The notes below the pieces were generated by a model that was not told the DNA's origin, searched no databases, and was given only the letters and a program-made list of their open reading frames with translations. Both the position numbers and the translations under genes were made by a program. A stretch of 64,000 bases of DNA, taken from the IMG/VR virus record IMGVR_UViG_3300046817_000765; one strand, 5' to 3'. Positions 26,468 to 35,883 of this stretch are shown here, piece by piece. Positions within the stretch are counted from its first letter, which is position 1. Every line of letters starts with the position of its first letter. The stretch comes from a virus.

Positions 26468-28858
26468 TCAGGCGAGCCCCGTGTCGGCCTGGGCCGCGTA
26501 GTCGAAGCGGCGCAGTTCGCGCTTCAGGTCGCGCGCGATCCCGGCCGCGTCGGTGGCGGCGGTATGGACGTGGATTTGCGCGATATGGGTCTGCGAGGAC
26601 ATCGAGTGGTCGACGCTCATCGCCGCGAACTGCGCCCGCTGGCCGGCGGCCGAGGCGCCGAAGGCGGGCGAGAGCGATGGCGCGTCCGACGCGAAAGCCG
26701 GATCGCCGCCCGTGCGCCACGACGTCCTGGCCGGCCGCGGGGTCACCCCCCGCGCCCACTCGTCGGCCGAGTGCCGCCGGAAGCGTTCGTCCATGTCGGC
26801 CTGCGTCGCCCCCGGCGCGGCCTCCGCTCCTCCTGGCAGCGAGGTCCAGATGCGATTGAGCGCGGCGGCGATGCGGGGAAGGTTCGCGGGGTCTTTGAGG
26901 TCCTGGTCAAGATCACGCCCGTGTGTGTTGCGCGCATACATCTGGCGCGCGTAGAACTGGAAGTTGATGTCCTGGTCTTCGTGAGACGACCTGTCCCAGC
27001 GCCCGGTCTGGGCCGCGACCTCCTTCCAGGTCGAGTCCTTGAACTGATACCGTCCGAAGGCGGTCACCGAGTTTGGCCGCGTCTCGTAGCCCGCCCTGCC
27101 GGCCTCGCGGTCCGCGATGGTGTCCGCGAAGGCGCGCATCTCCGGGCCGCCGGCCTCCGTCGATGTCGTTCCGGGATTGTAGCCGCCGCCGATCTCGGTC
27201 TGGTGGGCCGTGGCCTTTTCCTCAGCCATTTTCTTGAGCGCGTCGGCCGAGTCCTTGGTGTTCTTCTCGACCTCCGCGAGCCGTTCGAGTTCCAGTTCGC
27301 GCTCGGCGACCACCTTCTCGACATCGAGGCGGGTGAATGATTTGCCGTCCTTGGTGAACTCCGTCGGATGGCCGAAATCGTCCACGTTCTTCGTGTTGTA
27401 GCCCATCTGCCAGGCCTTGGCCTCGGTATCCCCGGCCTTGAACTGCGCGAGGGCCGCCGCCGCCGTCAGCAGGACCACGCCGGTGCCGACCAGGGCGGGT
27501 GGCGAGATGAGCGCGGGAGCAAGGTCGGGGAGCGCCGACGCCGCCCTGGGCGCGGCCTTCGACAGCAGCCCGCCCAGCGTCACGATCTCCCGCATGCTGC
27601 GGATCACGGAGGCGACCTTGCCGGCGGCCCAGATGCCGAAGAACACCTCCATCACGGTGCCCCAATGCTCGAACGACGACGCCACTTTGTAGACCTCGGT
27701 CGCGGCCGTCCCGGCTGCTTTCGCGAACGCGGTGGCATCGGTGATCATCTTCTCGAAACGGCCAGAGTTGACGAATTTCTCGACGTCGGTGGCGATCTGC
27801 ACGATCGCGCCGCCAATGGCCTTGGCCCAGGTCTCGATGGTGTTGTCGCCCTTGTGCAGATTGAGCCAGTTCTGGATTTTGCCGACCACGATATCGATGG
27901 ACGGCGCCAGCGCCTCCATGAACGCCTTTCGCATTCCCTCGATGGTCTGTTTGGCGAGGTCGAGGTCTTGCACCAGCTTCTGGCTTTGCAGCCCTTCGCC
28001 CTCTTTGGTGTAGTTGCCGGTGCCGCGCTGCAGTTCCAGTTGATGTTGGATTTCCGCCGGGCCGCGCGCGATCATCGGCGCGATTTCTTCCATCCCGGCG
28101 CCGCGCAACCGCTCGGTGATTTCCGGCTGCTTCATGCCGCGCCGCTGCGCCGACTGCGCGATCTCCATCATGATCGCGAAGGGGTCTTTCTTGCCGCCCT
28201 TCTCGTCATTGATATTGACGCCGAACAATTCCAGCAGCGAGTTTTTGGTCTGGCTGTTGCCGGTGAGTTTAAGTTCTTCGAACGCGCGCTGGATCGCGCC
28301 GACGCTGTGCGACACGCCCTCCGCCGTGGTGCCCATCCGCGCGGCCATGCCCATCCACAGCGACAGCGCCTCGACGTTGACGTTCATCGACGCCGCCAAC
28401 TGGACCATCTGCGTGTTGGTCTTGGCCACGTTCATGAACAGCCGTTCCATCGCCGAGACGGACATCGCGATGCCCATCATCGACAGCAGTTCGACACCGA
28501 CGCGCCGGATCGAACTGGCGACCTTGTCGTAGCCCTCCTCGGCCATGCGCGTGGTGGCGCGCATGGTCTCGGCGGTCTTCTTGGAGGCGTCCTCTTGCTC
28601 CTTGCCGCCCCGCCGCGCCGCCGTCCCCTGCGCGTCGGCGGCTTCCTGGGCCGCCTGGGTCGCCTCGCTCGCCGCCTCCCGCTGCACGCGCGCGGTGTTC
28701 TGGGCCGTGGCCTTGGTCGACTGCTCGATCTTGTCCAGGTTCGCCAGCATCTTCGCCAGCAGGCTATCGGAGGCCGTCTGCGCGTCGGCCGCGCCCTTCT
28801 GGAAACCGCCCGGTTCCAGGGTCAGCGTCATCGCCAGTTCGTCAATGATCGTGGGCAT
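26468..28858 (-). CDS. tape measure protein with C-terminal muramidase domain
   Basis: 'IIDELAMTLTL' start, long helical body, 'FADTIADREAG...AFGRYQF..STW...QD...W.SLPGG' lysozyme-like motif. Confidence 0.88.
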   Translation of the reverse strand: MPTIIDELAMTLTLEPGGFQKGAADAQTASDSLLAKMLANLDKIEQSTKATAQNTARVQREAASEATQAAQEAADAQGTAARRGGKEQEDASKKTAETMRATTRMAEEGYDKVASSIRRVGVELLSMMGIAMSVSAMERLFMNVAKTNTQMVQLAASMNVNVEALSLWMGMAARMGTTAEGVSHSVGAIQRAFEELKLTGNSQTKNSLLELFGVNINDEKGGKKDPFAIMMEIAQSAQRRGMKQPEITERLRGAGMEEIAPMIARGPAEIQHQLELQRGTGNYTKEGEGLQSQKLVQDLDLAKQTIEGMRKAFMEALAPSIDIVVGKIQNWLNLHKGDNTIETWAKAIGGAIVQIATDVEKFVNSGRFEKMITDATAFAKAAGTAATEVYKVASSFEHWGTVMEVFFGIWAAGKVASVIRSMREIVTLGGLLSKAAPRAASALPDLAPALISPPALVGTGVVLLTAAAALAQFKAGDTEAKAWQMGYNTKNVDDFGHPTEFTKDGKSFTRLDVEKVVAERELELERLAEVEKNTKDSADALKKMAEEKATAHQTEIGGGYNPGTTSTEAGGPEMRAFADTIADREAGRAGYETRPNSVTAFGRYQFKDSTWKEVAAQTGRWDRSSHEDQDINFQFYARQMYARNTHGRDLDQDLKDPANLPRIAAALNRIWTSLPGGAEAAPGATQADMDERFRRHSADEWARGVTPRPARTSWRTGGDPAFASDAPSLSPAFGASAAGQRAQFAAMSVDHSMSSQTHIAQIHVHTAATDAAGIARDLKRELRRFDYAAQADTGLA

Positions 28859-28873
28859 CGCGGCCCCCTTAAA

Positions 28874-29878
28874 TCATGAGGTCGGGATCAGGTTCATCGG
28901 TTGCCCGGACGCGCCGAACGTGGCGTGCCACTGACCGCCCGGTGACTCCGACTCCAGCGAATACGAGTAGCCGTAAATGTAGAAAAGCTTTTGTTCCATG
29001 TTCCAGAGATGGCTTTGCACCACGATCTTGATGCCGAGCTTGAGCGGGCGGAACAGGGTCGTGACCATGATGCCGCGACTATCGAAGATCGGATAGGTCT
29101 TCATGCCGCTGGTGGGCGAGATCAGCGGCACCTCGCCGGTATCGCGGGACCGGCCGCGCGGCCAGATCGCCAGCACGCCGTTCTCGTTGGTGAAGTTGAT
29201 GCCGGCATGCTCGGCGATCCGCCGCGCCTGCTGCATCGCGGTGCCGGGGTAGTAAATGTCGCGCAGCTTCGCCACGACGCCGTGGTTCTCGAACGTCAGC
29301 TTCATCTGTCCGGCGAGTTGTTTCATGATCGTCGCGACGTCGACGCCCCCGGCGACCGAGATCGGCGGCGCCGGTTTCATCTCGTCGTAGGCCCCGGCGA
29401 ACGCCTCCACCATCAGCGCGACGTCGGGCTGGCTTTCGCCGTCGAAATAACAGTTGACCAGCACGCCCTTGAAGATCCGCGTCATGCCGGCGAGGTCGTC
29501 GCCCGCGTTGACCTCGATGGTGTGATTGAGCACGGCGGGATATTGCAGCCCGCGCGTGGTGAGCGCGATCATGTCCTTGAACGGCATCCCGTAGACGCGC
29601 ACCGAGCATGTCGTCTTGGCCCCGGCCGCGGCGTGGGAAATCGTCACCGAGCAGCGATGGCCGGTCAGGCGCAGCGTGTTGGCGCCGTTGGCGAAGGTCG
29701 CCGGCTTGCCGGTGGACTCCGGCCTCCCGCCGACCAGGATCACCTCGGTGCCGAGTTGGAACGTGAGGTCGATCCGGCGGCGGATATAGGGCGTCGCGCC
29801 GCCCTGCCCGGCGGGCGTGGGCGCGGGCGTGGGCGCGGGCGAGGTCGGGCCAGGGGGGGCGGTGGTCGCGGCGCTCAC
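28874..29878 (-). CDS. baseplate hub protein
   Basis: 'RRIDLTF...VRVYGM...AGD....IFKG...LISPTSGMKTYP'. Confidence 0.8.
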   Translation of the reverse strand: MSAATTAPPGPTSPAPTPAPTPAGQGGATPYIRRRIDLTFQLGTEVILVGGRPESTGKPATFANGANTLRLTGHRCSVTISHAAAGAKTTCSVRVYGMPFKDMIALTTRGLQYPAVLNHTIEVNAGDDLAGMTRIFKGVLVNCYFDGESQPDVALMVEAFAGAYDEMKPAPPISVAGGVDVATIMKQLAGQMKLTFENHGVVAKLRDIYYPGTAMQQARRIAEHAGINFTNENGVLAIWPRGRSRDTGEVPLISPTSGMKTYPIFDSRGIMVTTLFRPLKLGIKIVVQSHLWNMEQKLFYIYGYSYSLESESPGGQWHATFGASGQPMNLIPTS

Positions 29879-29880
29879 GG

Positions 29881-30528
29881 CTACTGTGGCACGCCCGAGA
29901 GCCCGCCACCGGGCTGGACATCCTTGTGCCGGTGGGTGTCGTCGATGCTGTGGCCGTTGCTGGTCACCGTGCCGCCGCTCTGCTGGACGTTGCCCACCAG
30001 CTTGATGTTCGGCGCGCTGATGGTGACCGTCCCCGGCGAGTGCAGCACGATCCCATCGTCGGTGAACTGCACGTACTGGCCGGGCGCGGCCGTGGCCATG
30101 ACGGTGCCGACATAGAGCGCGTCGGCGTAGTCGTGCCGGCGGTGCGAACCGGGCGCGGAGGCGGCGCCGCCATTGGCCTTGACCGCCGAGATATCGCGCG
30201 AGGCGCAGACGATCACGCCGACGTCGTTCACCTTCGGGTCCATGATGATCCCGTGCCCGCCGTTCTGCATCCGGTGGTATGGCACGTTGAAGATCGTTCC
30301 GTGCGGGTGGACGTTCCCCAGCCCGTCGATCTGGTGCACCAGCGGGGTCACGTCGATCGTGCCGGGTTGGCCCAGCTCGCCGTTCTTGCGCACCGCCACG
30401 ACCTTGACCACCATCGAGGTGGCCACCTCCGACAGCACCGAGCGGACCAGGAAGCGCAGCGCGTTGACCTCCGAGCCGTCCTCGCCGACGGCGCCGCGGA
30501 AGCCGACCCAGCCGTCCGTTTCGCTCAT
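29881..30528 (-). CDS. baseplate spike (Gp138/V-like)
   Basis: 'DVTPLV...P.VNDVGVIVCASRDIS...RRHDYADALY...HRHKDVQPGGGLSG'. Confidence 0.88.
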   Translation of the reverse strand: MSETDGWVGFRGAVGEDGSEVNALRFLVRSVLSEVATSMVVKVVAVRKNGELGQPGTIDVTPLVHQIDGLGNVHPHGTIFNVPYHRMQNGGHGIIMDPKVNDVGVIVCASRDISAVKANGGAASAPGSHRRHDYADALYVGTVMATAAPGQYVQFTDDGIVLHSPGTVTISAPNIKLVGNVQQSGGTVTSNGHSIDDTHRHKDVQPGGGLSGVPQ

Positions 30529-30782
30529 TTGGGTCTGTCCTCTCGCGCGGCCCACTTGTTGGCGAGCCGCTGGTTGAAGCCGTCCACCTGGATGATCTCG
30601 GCCAGCATGTAGAGGTCGGCCACGCCGTAGACGGTCTGCAGTTCGCGCAATGTCGCGAGTTTCGCCGAGATCACCGCCCCAACTGTTGCGCTGGGAAGGT
30701 TGCGATATTCGGCCCACTCTGGTTCGTCTCCTCCAACGGTTCCGTCGTCCAGTTGAAGTAACGAGCGCGTACGGAAAAACCC
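30525..30782 (-). CDS. -1 frameshift extension of the tail assembly chaperone
   Basis: 'EYRNLP...GAVISAKLATLRELQTVY' frame entered via GGGTTTT at 30782-30776. Confidence 0.7.
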   Translation of the reverse strand, partial: GFFRTRSLLQLDDGTVGGDEPEWAEYRNLPSATVGAVISAKLATLRELQTVYGVADLYMLAEIIQVDGFNQRLANKWAAREDRPK

Positions 30783-31159
30783 AGATGGGTGTCGAACCAT
30801 GCCTCCCGGATCGCCAGCCGCGTGGTGATTTCCTCGATGTCGTCCTCGATCAGCGGGCGCGTCAGCGCCCGGTTCGGATCGGGTTGAATCGTGACGCAAT
30901 CCATCATCTCGTCGAGCAGCGGCTTGGCGACGATCCAGTCGATGCCGCCGACGCCGTGCACCGCCACCCAGGCGGCGATGCCCTCGACGCCCATCTGGAA
31001 GAACCCCGACGGGACGTTCTGATTGCCCTTCGCGAGCATGGTCAGCAGCCGGCCGGCCCAGTACTCGGCCGCCGCCGCGCTCATTTCGGTGATCCAGAAG
31101 ACCTTGCCCAGGTCGCGGCCGGGCCGCTCGATCACCAGCTTTTCGCGCCGCCGGGCCAC
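30671..31159 (-). CDS. tail assembly chaperone
   Basis: Follows the tube gene; 'RDLGKVFWITEMSA..AEYWAGR...LLDEMMDCV'. Confidence 0.8.
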   Translation of the reverse strand: MARRREKLVIERPGRDLGKVFWITEMSAAAAEYWAGRLLTMLAKGNQNVPSGFFQMGVEGIAAWVAVHGVGGIDWIVAKPLLDEMMDCVTIQPDPNRALTRPLIEDDIEEITTRLAIREAWFDTHLGFSVRARYFNWTTEPLEETNQSGPNIATFPAQQLGR

Positions 31160-31160
31160 G

Positions 31161-31592
31161 TTACAGCGGCGCCCCGGTGATCGACTGCCAGGTGATGGTG
31201 AACCGCCTCGGCTGCAGCACCCGGCGCGCGTCGGTCATCGGCGGAAAGTTGGTCAGGAACCCCTGGACGCAATAGAAGGTCCGCCCGATCGAGGCCAGGG
31301 TGATATGCGCATTCGCGATGTAGGCCTCGCGCGCCTGCTCCTGGGCATTATACCAGGTGTCGAACACGAGGTTGCTCGGGCTGTCCGCCTGCAGCGCGAT
31401 GGTCTGGACTTTCGGTTGCGGCGTCCAGCCACCGGAGAGGATGCCGTCCACGCCCATCAGCGTTTCCACCGGCGCCACCAGCGCGTGCGAAAACACGTCG
31501 TCGGCGGCGAAGCCGTGCAGTTGTTGCGGCGTCGGAAAAAGGCTCGTGACCGAAATCATGAAGACCGCGTTCGCGGCGGTGATGGTCGCCAT
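31161..31592 (-). CDS. tail tube protein (DUF3277-like)
   Basis: 'TITAANAVFMISV...P...LHGF..DD...MGVDG.LSGG...LQADSPS'. Confidence 0.85.
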   Translation of the reverse strand: MATITAANAVFMISVTSLFPTPQQLHGFAADDVFSHALVAPVETLMGVDGILSGGWTPQPKVQTIALQADSPSNLVFDTWYNAQEQAREAYIANAHITLASIGRTFYCVQGFLTNFPPMTDARRVLQPRRFTITWQSITGAPL

Positions 31593-31619
31593 TGGAAATC
31601 TCCTGTCGCTTGCTGGACG

Positions 31620-33440
31620 TTACTGAACCATCACAGAGGCGAGGGTGATGCGCTGGACAGAGCCGCCGTCTGCGTACCAAAAGGTGCATGGCGGGGTTCC
31701 GCGGTTGCCCCGCACCTGGGGCGCCGCGTCGAGCACCTGCAGGTAGTAGCCGATGCTGTTCAGAATGCCGTCGATCGGCACGCCGGCCATGTTGTTGACG
31801 GCGTTGATCTGGGCCTCGCTCAGCGTCACTCCCGCGCGGATCGCGCCGAAGTTCAGCGCGGCGTTGATCACGTCCTGGCAGGCCGCCTTGATCATCGTGT
31901 AGCCGACCTGGGTGTAGGGGATGCTGCCGGTCTGGGTGAGCAGTTCCATCAGCGCCTGCTGGAAGCCGTTGTTCATCCAGATCTGATTGATGAAGCTGTC
32001 GATCCACTTATACGGGCCTGACACGACGCCCGGATAGAGGAAGCGGAACTGGTCGTTGGCGGTCGTCCAGATGCCGTAATAATTGTAGAAGTTGGCTTCG
32101 AGGTTGGCCGCGATCCCGCCGTCGGTGATGTCGGGGATGATGCCGGTCTGGCCGCGGAACGCCAGCGTTTTGCGCCCATTGAGGCGGTTGAAGTCGATCG
32201 CCGCGATGACCCCCATCGTGAAGGCCGCCAGGTTGCGCCCGTTCGAGACGTTCGGCGAGTAAATCACCGCCGTGCCCGACGACAGCGAGGTATGCAGGAT
32301 GCTGGCGAGGCTGTTCGGCGCCGAGGCCGAAACGGTGGGCGCGACGTCATTGTCCCAGGCCACGTAAAGGTAGTTGCTCTGCTGCAGATTGGTCCACGCG
32401 GCGAACGCCTGTTTCTGCGTGTTCTGCCCCGGCTGGTCGGGATCGAAGGCGGTCATGAAGGAGGCCCAGTTCATGGTCTTCTTCAGCACGCCATCCATGA
32501 ACGAGGCCGGCGTCGGCGCCGCGAGGCCGAAGGCCGGGTTCGAGTTCATTCCAACCGGCTGCAGCCGGGCGCCGGTGTCCTGGTTCAGCTTCAGCACACC
32601 CGCGAGGTTTCCGGCCGACGCGGTCGGGTAGCCGATGGACGGCATGTGCGGCGTCGCCGTCACCCAGAACGGCGCGCTGGTGATCATGAACTGGAACGTC
32701 TGCGCGTCCCAGGAGCAGGGGTTGCCATAAATCTTGAATTGCGTCCCGGCCGGGATGCTCAGCGAGCGGTTGATCTGATAGGTGCTGTGCGAGACAAAGT
32801 TGTCGGTCGAGGACAGGTTGGCGGTGATGTAGGTGCCCGCCGGCACGCCCGGCCCGGTGACGATCATCGGCGACAGAATCTGACTGCCGGGCATCCCCGC
32901 GGTGATCGTCAGGATGTTGCCGGCGATGCTCCCGACGGCGATCGGGTTTGGGGTGCCGTTGATCGGCAGGCCCAGGTAGCCGAGCGCCGCGCCGATCATC
33001 TGGGCGGCCATCGAGAACGAGGTCGCGGCGGCGAGCGTGATCGGCTGCGAGGTGTGGGACACGCCGTCGATCGGCAGGGTGATCGTGCTGTTGGGCGTGC
33101 AGGCCTGAAGCTGGGCCAGCGTCAGGGTCGGCAGTTGCGCCGAGCGCAGCCACGCCGGCAGCCAGGTGCTGCCGTAGCACGCCATCAGCAGCGCGCCGGG
33201 CCGCCTCGTGGCGTTGATGTCGGCCAGGAAATAGGTGCCGGCGAGCGCCGCGATGTAGCTGGTCGGACCGAAGAAGGTCTGCACCGCCGTCAAATTCGGG
33301 AACGAATAGACCTCGCCGAGCGGGATGTGGTTGTCCGTCGTGATCAGCAGGCCGAGCAGATCGAGCCCGACCCCGCCCGCGTTGAGGACGCTCGGAACGA
33401 CGTTTACGATTTGACCAGCGGGGATCGCTGAGCCGCTCAT
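31620..33440 (-). CDS. tail sheath protein (DUF3383-like)
   Basis: 'IVNVVPSVL.AGG...NWASF...SG.YKWIDSFINQIW...WY.DGGSVQ'. Confidence 0.92.
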   Translation of the reverse strand: MSGSAIPAGQIVNVVPSVLNAGGVGLDLLGLLITTDNHIPLGEVYSFPNLTAVQTFFGPTSYIAALAGTYFLADINATRRPGALLMACYGSTWLPAWLRSAQLPTLTLAQLQACTPNSTITLPIDGVSHTSQPITLAAATSFSMAAQMIGAALGYLGLPINGTPNPIAVGSIAGNILTITAGMPGSQILSPMIVTGPGVPAGTYITANLSSTDNFVSHSTYQINRSLSIPAGTQFKIYGNPCSWDAQTFQFMITSAPFWVTATPHMPSIGYPTASAGNLAGVLKLNQDTGARLQPVGMNSNPAFGLAAPTPASFMDGVLKKTMNWASFMTAFDPDQPGQNTQKQAFAAWTNLQQSNYLYVAWDNDVAPTVSASAPNSLASILHTSLSSGTAVIYSPNVSNGRNLAAFTMGVIAAIDFNRLNGRKTLAFRGQTGIIPDITDGGIAANLEANFYNYYGIWTTANDQFRFLYPGVVSGPYKWIDSFINQIWMNNGFQQALMELLTQTGSIPYTQVGYTMIKAACQDVINAALNFGAIRAGVTLSEAQINAVNNMAGVPIDGILNSIGYYLQVLDAAPQVRGNRGTPPCTFWYADGGSVQRITLASVMVQ

Positions 33441-33484
33441 GGCAGTCTCCTGTTGTGAAATTTCCGGGGGCGGCGCGGCGGGCG

Positions 33485-33556
33485 CGCGGGGTCAGTCGTG
33501 CGACGGCACGCGGGGTCAGTCGTGCGGCGTGACGCGGGGTCAGGCGTGCGGCGTGA
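33485..33556. repeat. 3 x 24-bp tandem repeat copying the stop-codon end of the neck gene
   Basis: CGCGGGGTCAG(T/G)CGTGCG(A/G)CG(G/T)(C/G)A at 33485, 33509, 33533. Confidence 0.9.
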
Positions 33557-34277
33557 CGCGGGGGATCAGGAACAGATCGACCGGGATCAGGCCGAGGTCG
33601 AGTTCGTCGGCGAACTCCTGGCCGAGCGTGACGACGGTGTTGACCTGGAGGTGAAGGTCGACGATCCAGCGGTCTTCCCAGGTGGCCTCGGCGTTGGTGA
33701 ACGCGGCCATGTGCGGGTCGTCGGCGTAGAGCGGCTGCATCTCGAACGGCGCGGCGGCCGCGGCGAGCAGTTGGCACCCGGCGTCGTCGCGCCAGGTCGT
33801 GGCCAGCGCCATCACGTTGCTACTCGACGCGGGGCCATGCACGTCGACCTGGAAAACGAAGTCCACCGGCTGGATCATCAGGTGCCGGCCGACATAGATC
33901 ACGGTCCCCGCCGGGGCGCTCTGGGGCGGGGCCACGGTGTAGGTCCGGGGATCAGGGCCGGCGGCGGTGATGACGCTGCCACGGGCCACGCCGGGGCCGT
34001 ACAGCGCGTAACCCGCCAGGAGCGCCGGGCCGGTGGTCACCGTCATGGTCTCGCCCGCGATCGAGCCGATCACCTTGAGGTCGAAGTCGGTGTCGCGGTT
34101 GGTCGACAGCCGCTCGCGGCGCAGCGGCGTCAGCACGCAGAAGTCGGGCCCGATCGGCTCCGGCACCCGGTTGGCGTAGGCCCGGATGACCTCGACGCCG
34201 GCAGGCAGCAGGCCGAGCAGCACCGTCCGCGCGACGGTCAGGATTTCCGTGTCGCCGAGGTTGACCAGGGCCACCAT
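33540..34277 (-). CDS. neck/tail terminator protein
   Basis: 'NRVPEP...LTPL.R.RLSTN...QVDVHGP...PLYADDP...EDRWIVDLHLQ'. Confidence 0.8.
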   Translation of the reverse strand: MVALVNLGDTEILTVARTVLLGLLPAGVEVIRAYANRVPEPIGPDFCVLTPLRRERLSTNRDTDFDLKVIGSIAGETMTVTTGPALLAGYALYGPGVARGSVITAAGPDPRTYTVAPPQSAPAGTVIYVGRHLMIQPVDFVFQVDVHGPASSSNVMALATTWRDDAGCQLLAAAAAPFEMQPLYADDPHMAAFTNAEATWEDRWIVDLHLQVNTVVTLGQEFADELDLGLIPVDLFLIPRVTPHA

Positions 34278-34280
34278 CGG

Positions 34281-34532
34281 CTAGTCGTCATCCTCCTCGG
34301 CCACGGTCGCGAAACCGGGCACGGAGGCGTTCGGCGTGGTCACCAGCGCCGGTTGCTGGTCGCGCGCGCCGTAGTAGACGTCGCGGCCCCGTTTGGCGCC
34401 GTAGAGCGGTCGCGCGTCGTGGGCCTCGCGCAGCGAGGCCGCCACCGCCTGATCGTGGGGATGACCGGCGGCCACCATTTCGCTTATGTTGCGAGAGACC
34501 GTTTCCTGGGAGGAACCTTTCGCCAGCGGCAT
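34281..34532 (-). CDS. small phage protein
   Basis: '[29 protein letters not shown]' common phage peptide. Confidence 0.7.
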   Translation of the reverse strand: MPLAKGSSQETVSRNISEMVAAGHPHDQAVAASLREAHDARPLYGAKRGRDVYYGARDQQPALVTTPNASVPGFATVAEEDDD

Positions 34533-34537
34533 GGCGG

Positions 34538-34906
34538 CTACTCCCTGCGGATCATTTCGCGCCGCACCCCGTCGTCATGAAAGCCGATCGTCCGCGGGCG
34601 GCGGATATGCAGCGGGTTGATCTCGACGACGTTGTCCGGCGGCGGCGTCGACGGCTCCTCGGCCGGGTAGGTTTGCCCGAGCCGGCAGATAGAGGCCGCG
34701 TATTCCTTCGGCCCGTAGCACAGCCAGTAGTAAATCAGCCGTTGCTCGATATCGTCGGGGACGAAGGTCTCCTCATAGATCGGCGGCAATTCCACCGGCG
34801 GGTCCGGGTCCACCATCTGGGTCTCGGTCGCGATCTCGAAGGCGGGGAACGGGAGCACCTCCCGTTCCAGCACCTGGACCGACCGCGTGGTCTCCGTCTC
34901 GCTCAT
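34538..34906 (-). CDS. hypothetical protein
   Basis: In operon, protein-like. Confidence 0.55.
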   Translation of the reverse strand: MSETETTRSVQVLEREVLPFPAFEIATETQMVDPDPPVELPPIYEETFVPDDIEQRLIYYWLCYGPKEYAASICRLGQTYPAEEPSTPPPDNVVEINPLHIRRPRTIGFHDDGVRREMIRRE

Positions 34907-34910
34907 GGCG

Positions 34911-35222
34911 TCAACTCAGAACGGCCCAGGTGCCGTCGCCGCCCGAGAGATACAGCGCGGAGCCCTTGGTGCCATTGGCGTCGATGTAGAGCGATCCGAT
35001 GGCGTCGAAGCCCGGCGTGGCGCCGCCTGGGACACCCTGACCCACGGTCCAGTGCGCAACGACGGCCCCGGAGCCGATCGAGCTGGTCCCGGCCGTCGCG
35101 GGCGCGGCCACGGCGTCCTGCAGCGTGGTGATCTCGCCCGCGGCGGTGGCGAAGTTGGCCCGCACGTCGTCGGTGAAGGCTTCGCCGGCCTGCGGCTTGG
35201 TGACGTCGATCGCTGATGGCAT
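34911..35222 (-). CDS. small fibre-like structural protein
   Basis: 'IDVTKP...VRANFATA..EIT.LQ', 'IGSLYID..G..G..LY'. Confidence 0.6.
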   Translation of the reverse strand: MPSAIDVTKPQAGEAFTDDVRANFATAAGEITTLQDAVAAPATAGTSSIGSGAVVAHWTVGQGVPGGATPGFDAIGSLYIDANGTKGSALYLSGGDGTWAVLS

Positions 35223-35251
35223 CTGGGTTCTCCGGTTTGTTTCGGGTTGCG

Positions 35252-35437
35252 TTAGCTGGGCCAGACGGTCGCGCCGCCGTCCCAGCGCGTGGCGCCGTTG
35301 TCCCAGACGACCATCGGCATGATGGCCCCGGCGTTCGGCCCGTAGCGGCGCCAGTAGTCCAGCAGCCGCGCCTGGGTGTCGGCGTCCACTCGCTTGTCCT
35401 CCGTGATCGGCGTGATCGGCTGACTCGTTCCGCTCAT
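35252..35437 (-). CDS. hypothetical protein
   Basis: MSGTSQP start coupled to the upstream stop; 'WDNGATRWDGG'. Confidence 0.55.
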   Translation of the reverse strand: MSGTSQPITPITEDKRVDADTQARLLDYWRRYGPNAGAIMPMVVWDNGATRWDGGATVWPS

Positions 35438-35859
35438 GGCGAAGGCTCCTGGTGTGGGGAGGGAGAGGGCGGGGCGCCCGCGAACGGGTCGGCCGGGCGC
35501 GGCGACTGCATCGTCACGATCACCTTGGTCCAGCCGGGCCATTGCTCGCCGACCATCGTGACCAGCCACTCGGCGTTGTCGAACAGGAAGACGTCGCCGC
35601 CGGTGGCGTCGGCGCGCACGACCCCTTCCCAGGCGCCGTTGAGATAGATGTTCTTGCGCAGGGCCTGGGTGTTGAACGGCAGCAGGGCCAGTTGATCCTG
35701 CGAGAGGTCCTGCACCTGGGCCGGGCCCGAGAGGATGGTGAAGGTGGGCTGGCGCGAGCCGTCCGGCGCGGTGGTGTAGCCGGTCGAGCGGCGGATCGAG
35801 ATCTGGGTGAACGGGTTGACGACGCCGATCAGACCGGACGCTATTTGATGTAGATTGAT
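35434..35859 (-). CDS. head-closure/neck protein, apparent ATC start
   Basis: Frame reads (I)NLHQIASGLIGVVNP...QVQDLS...QWPGWTKVIV; GGAG just upstream of ATC 35859; no ATG after the in-frame stop at 35884. Confidence 0.75.
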   Translation of the reverse strand: MNLHQIASGLIGVVNPFTQISIRRSTGYTTAPDGSRQPTFTILSGPAQVQDLSQDQLALLPFNTQALRKNIYLNGAWEGVVRADATGGDVFLFDNAEWLVTMVGEQWPGWTKVIVTMQSPRPADPFAGAPPSPSPHQEPSP

Positions 35860-35883
35860 GGCGATTACTCCGCGGCCGGAGGT

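Noticed and set aside
30786-30805. TGGGTGTCG loop motif outside the locus (also ~45966)
   Set aside because: No second box at 9-nt spacing and no enclosing stem.
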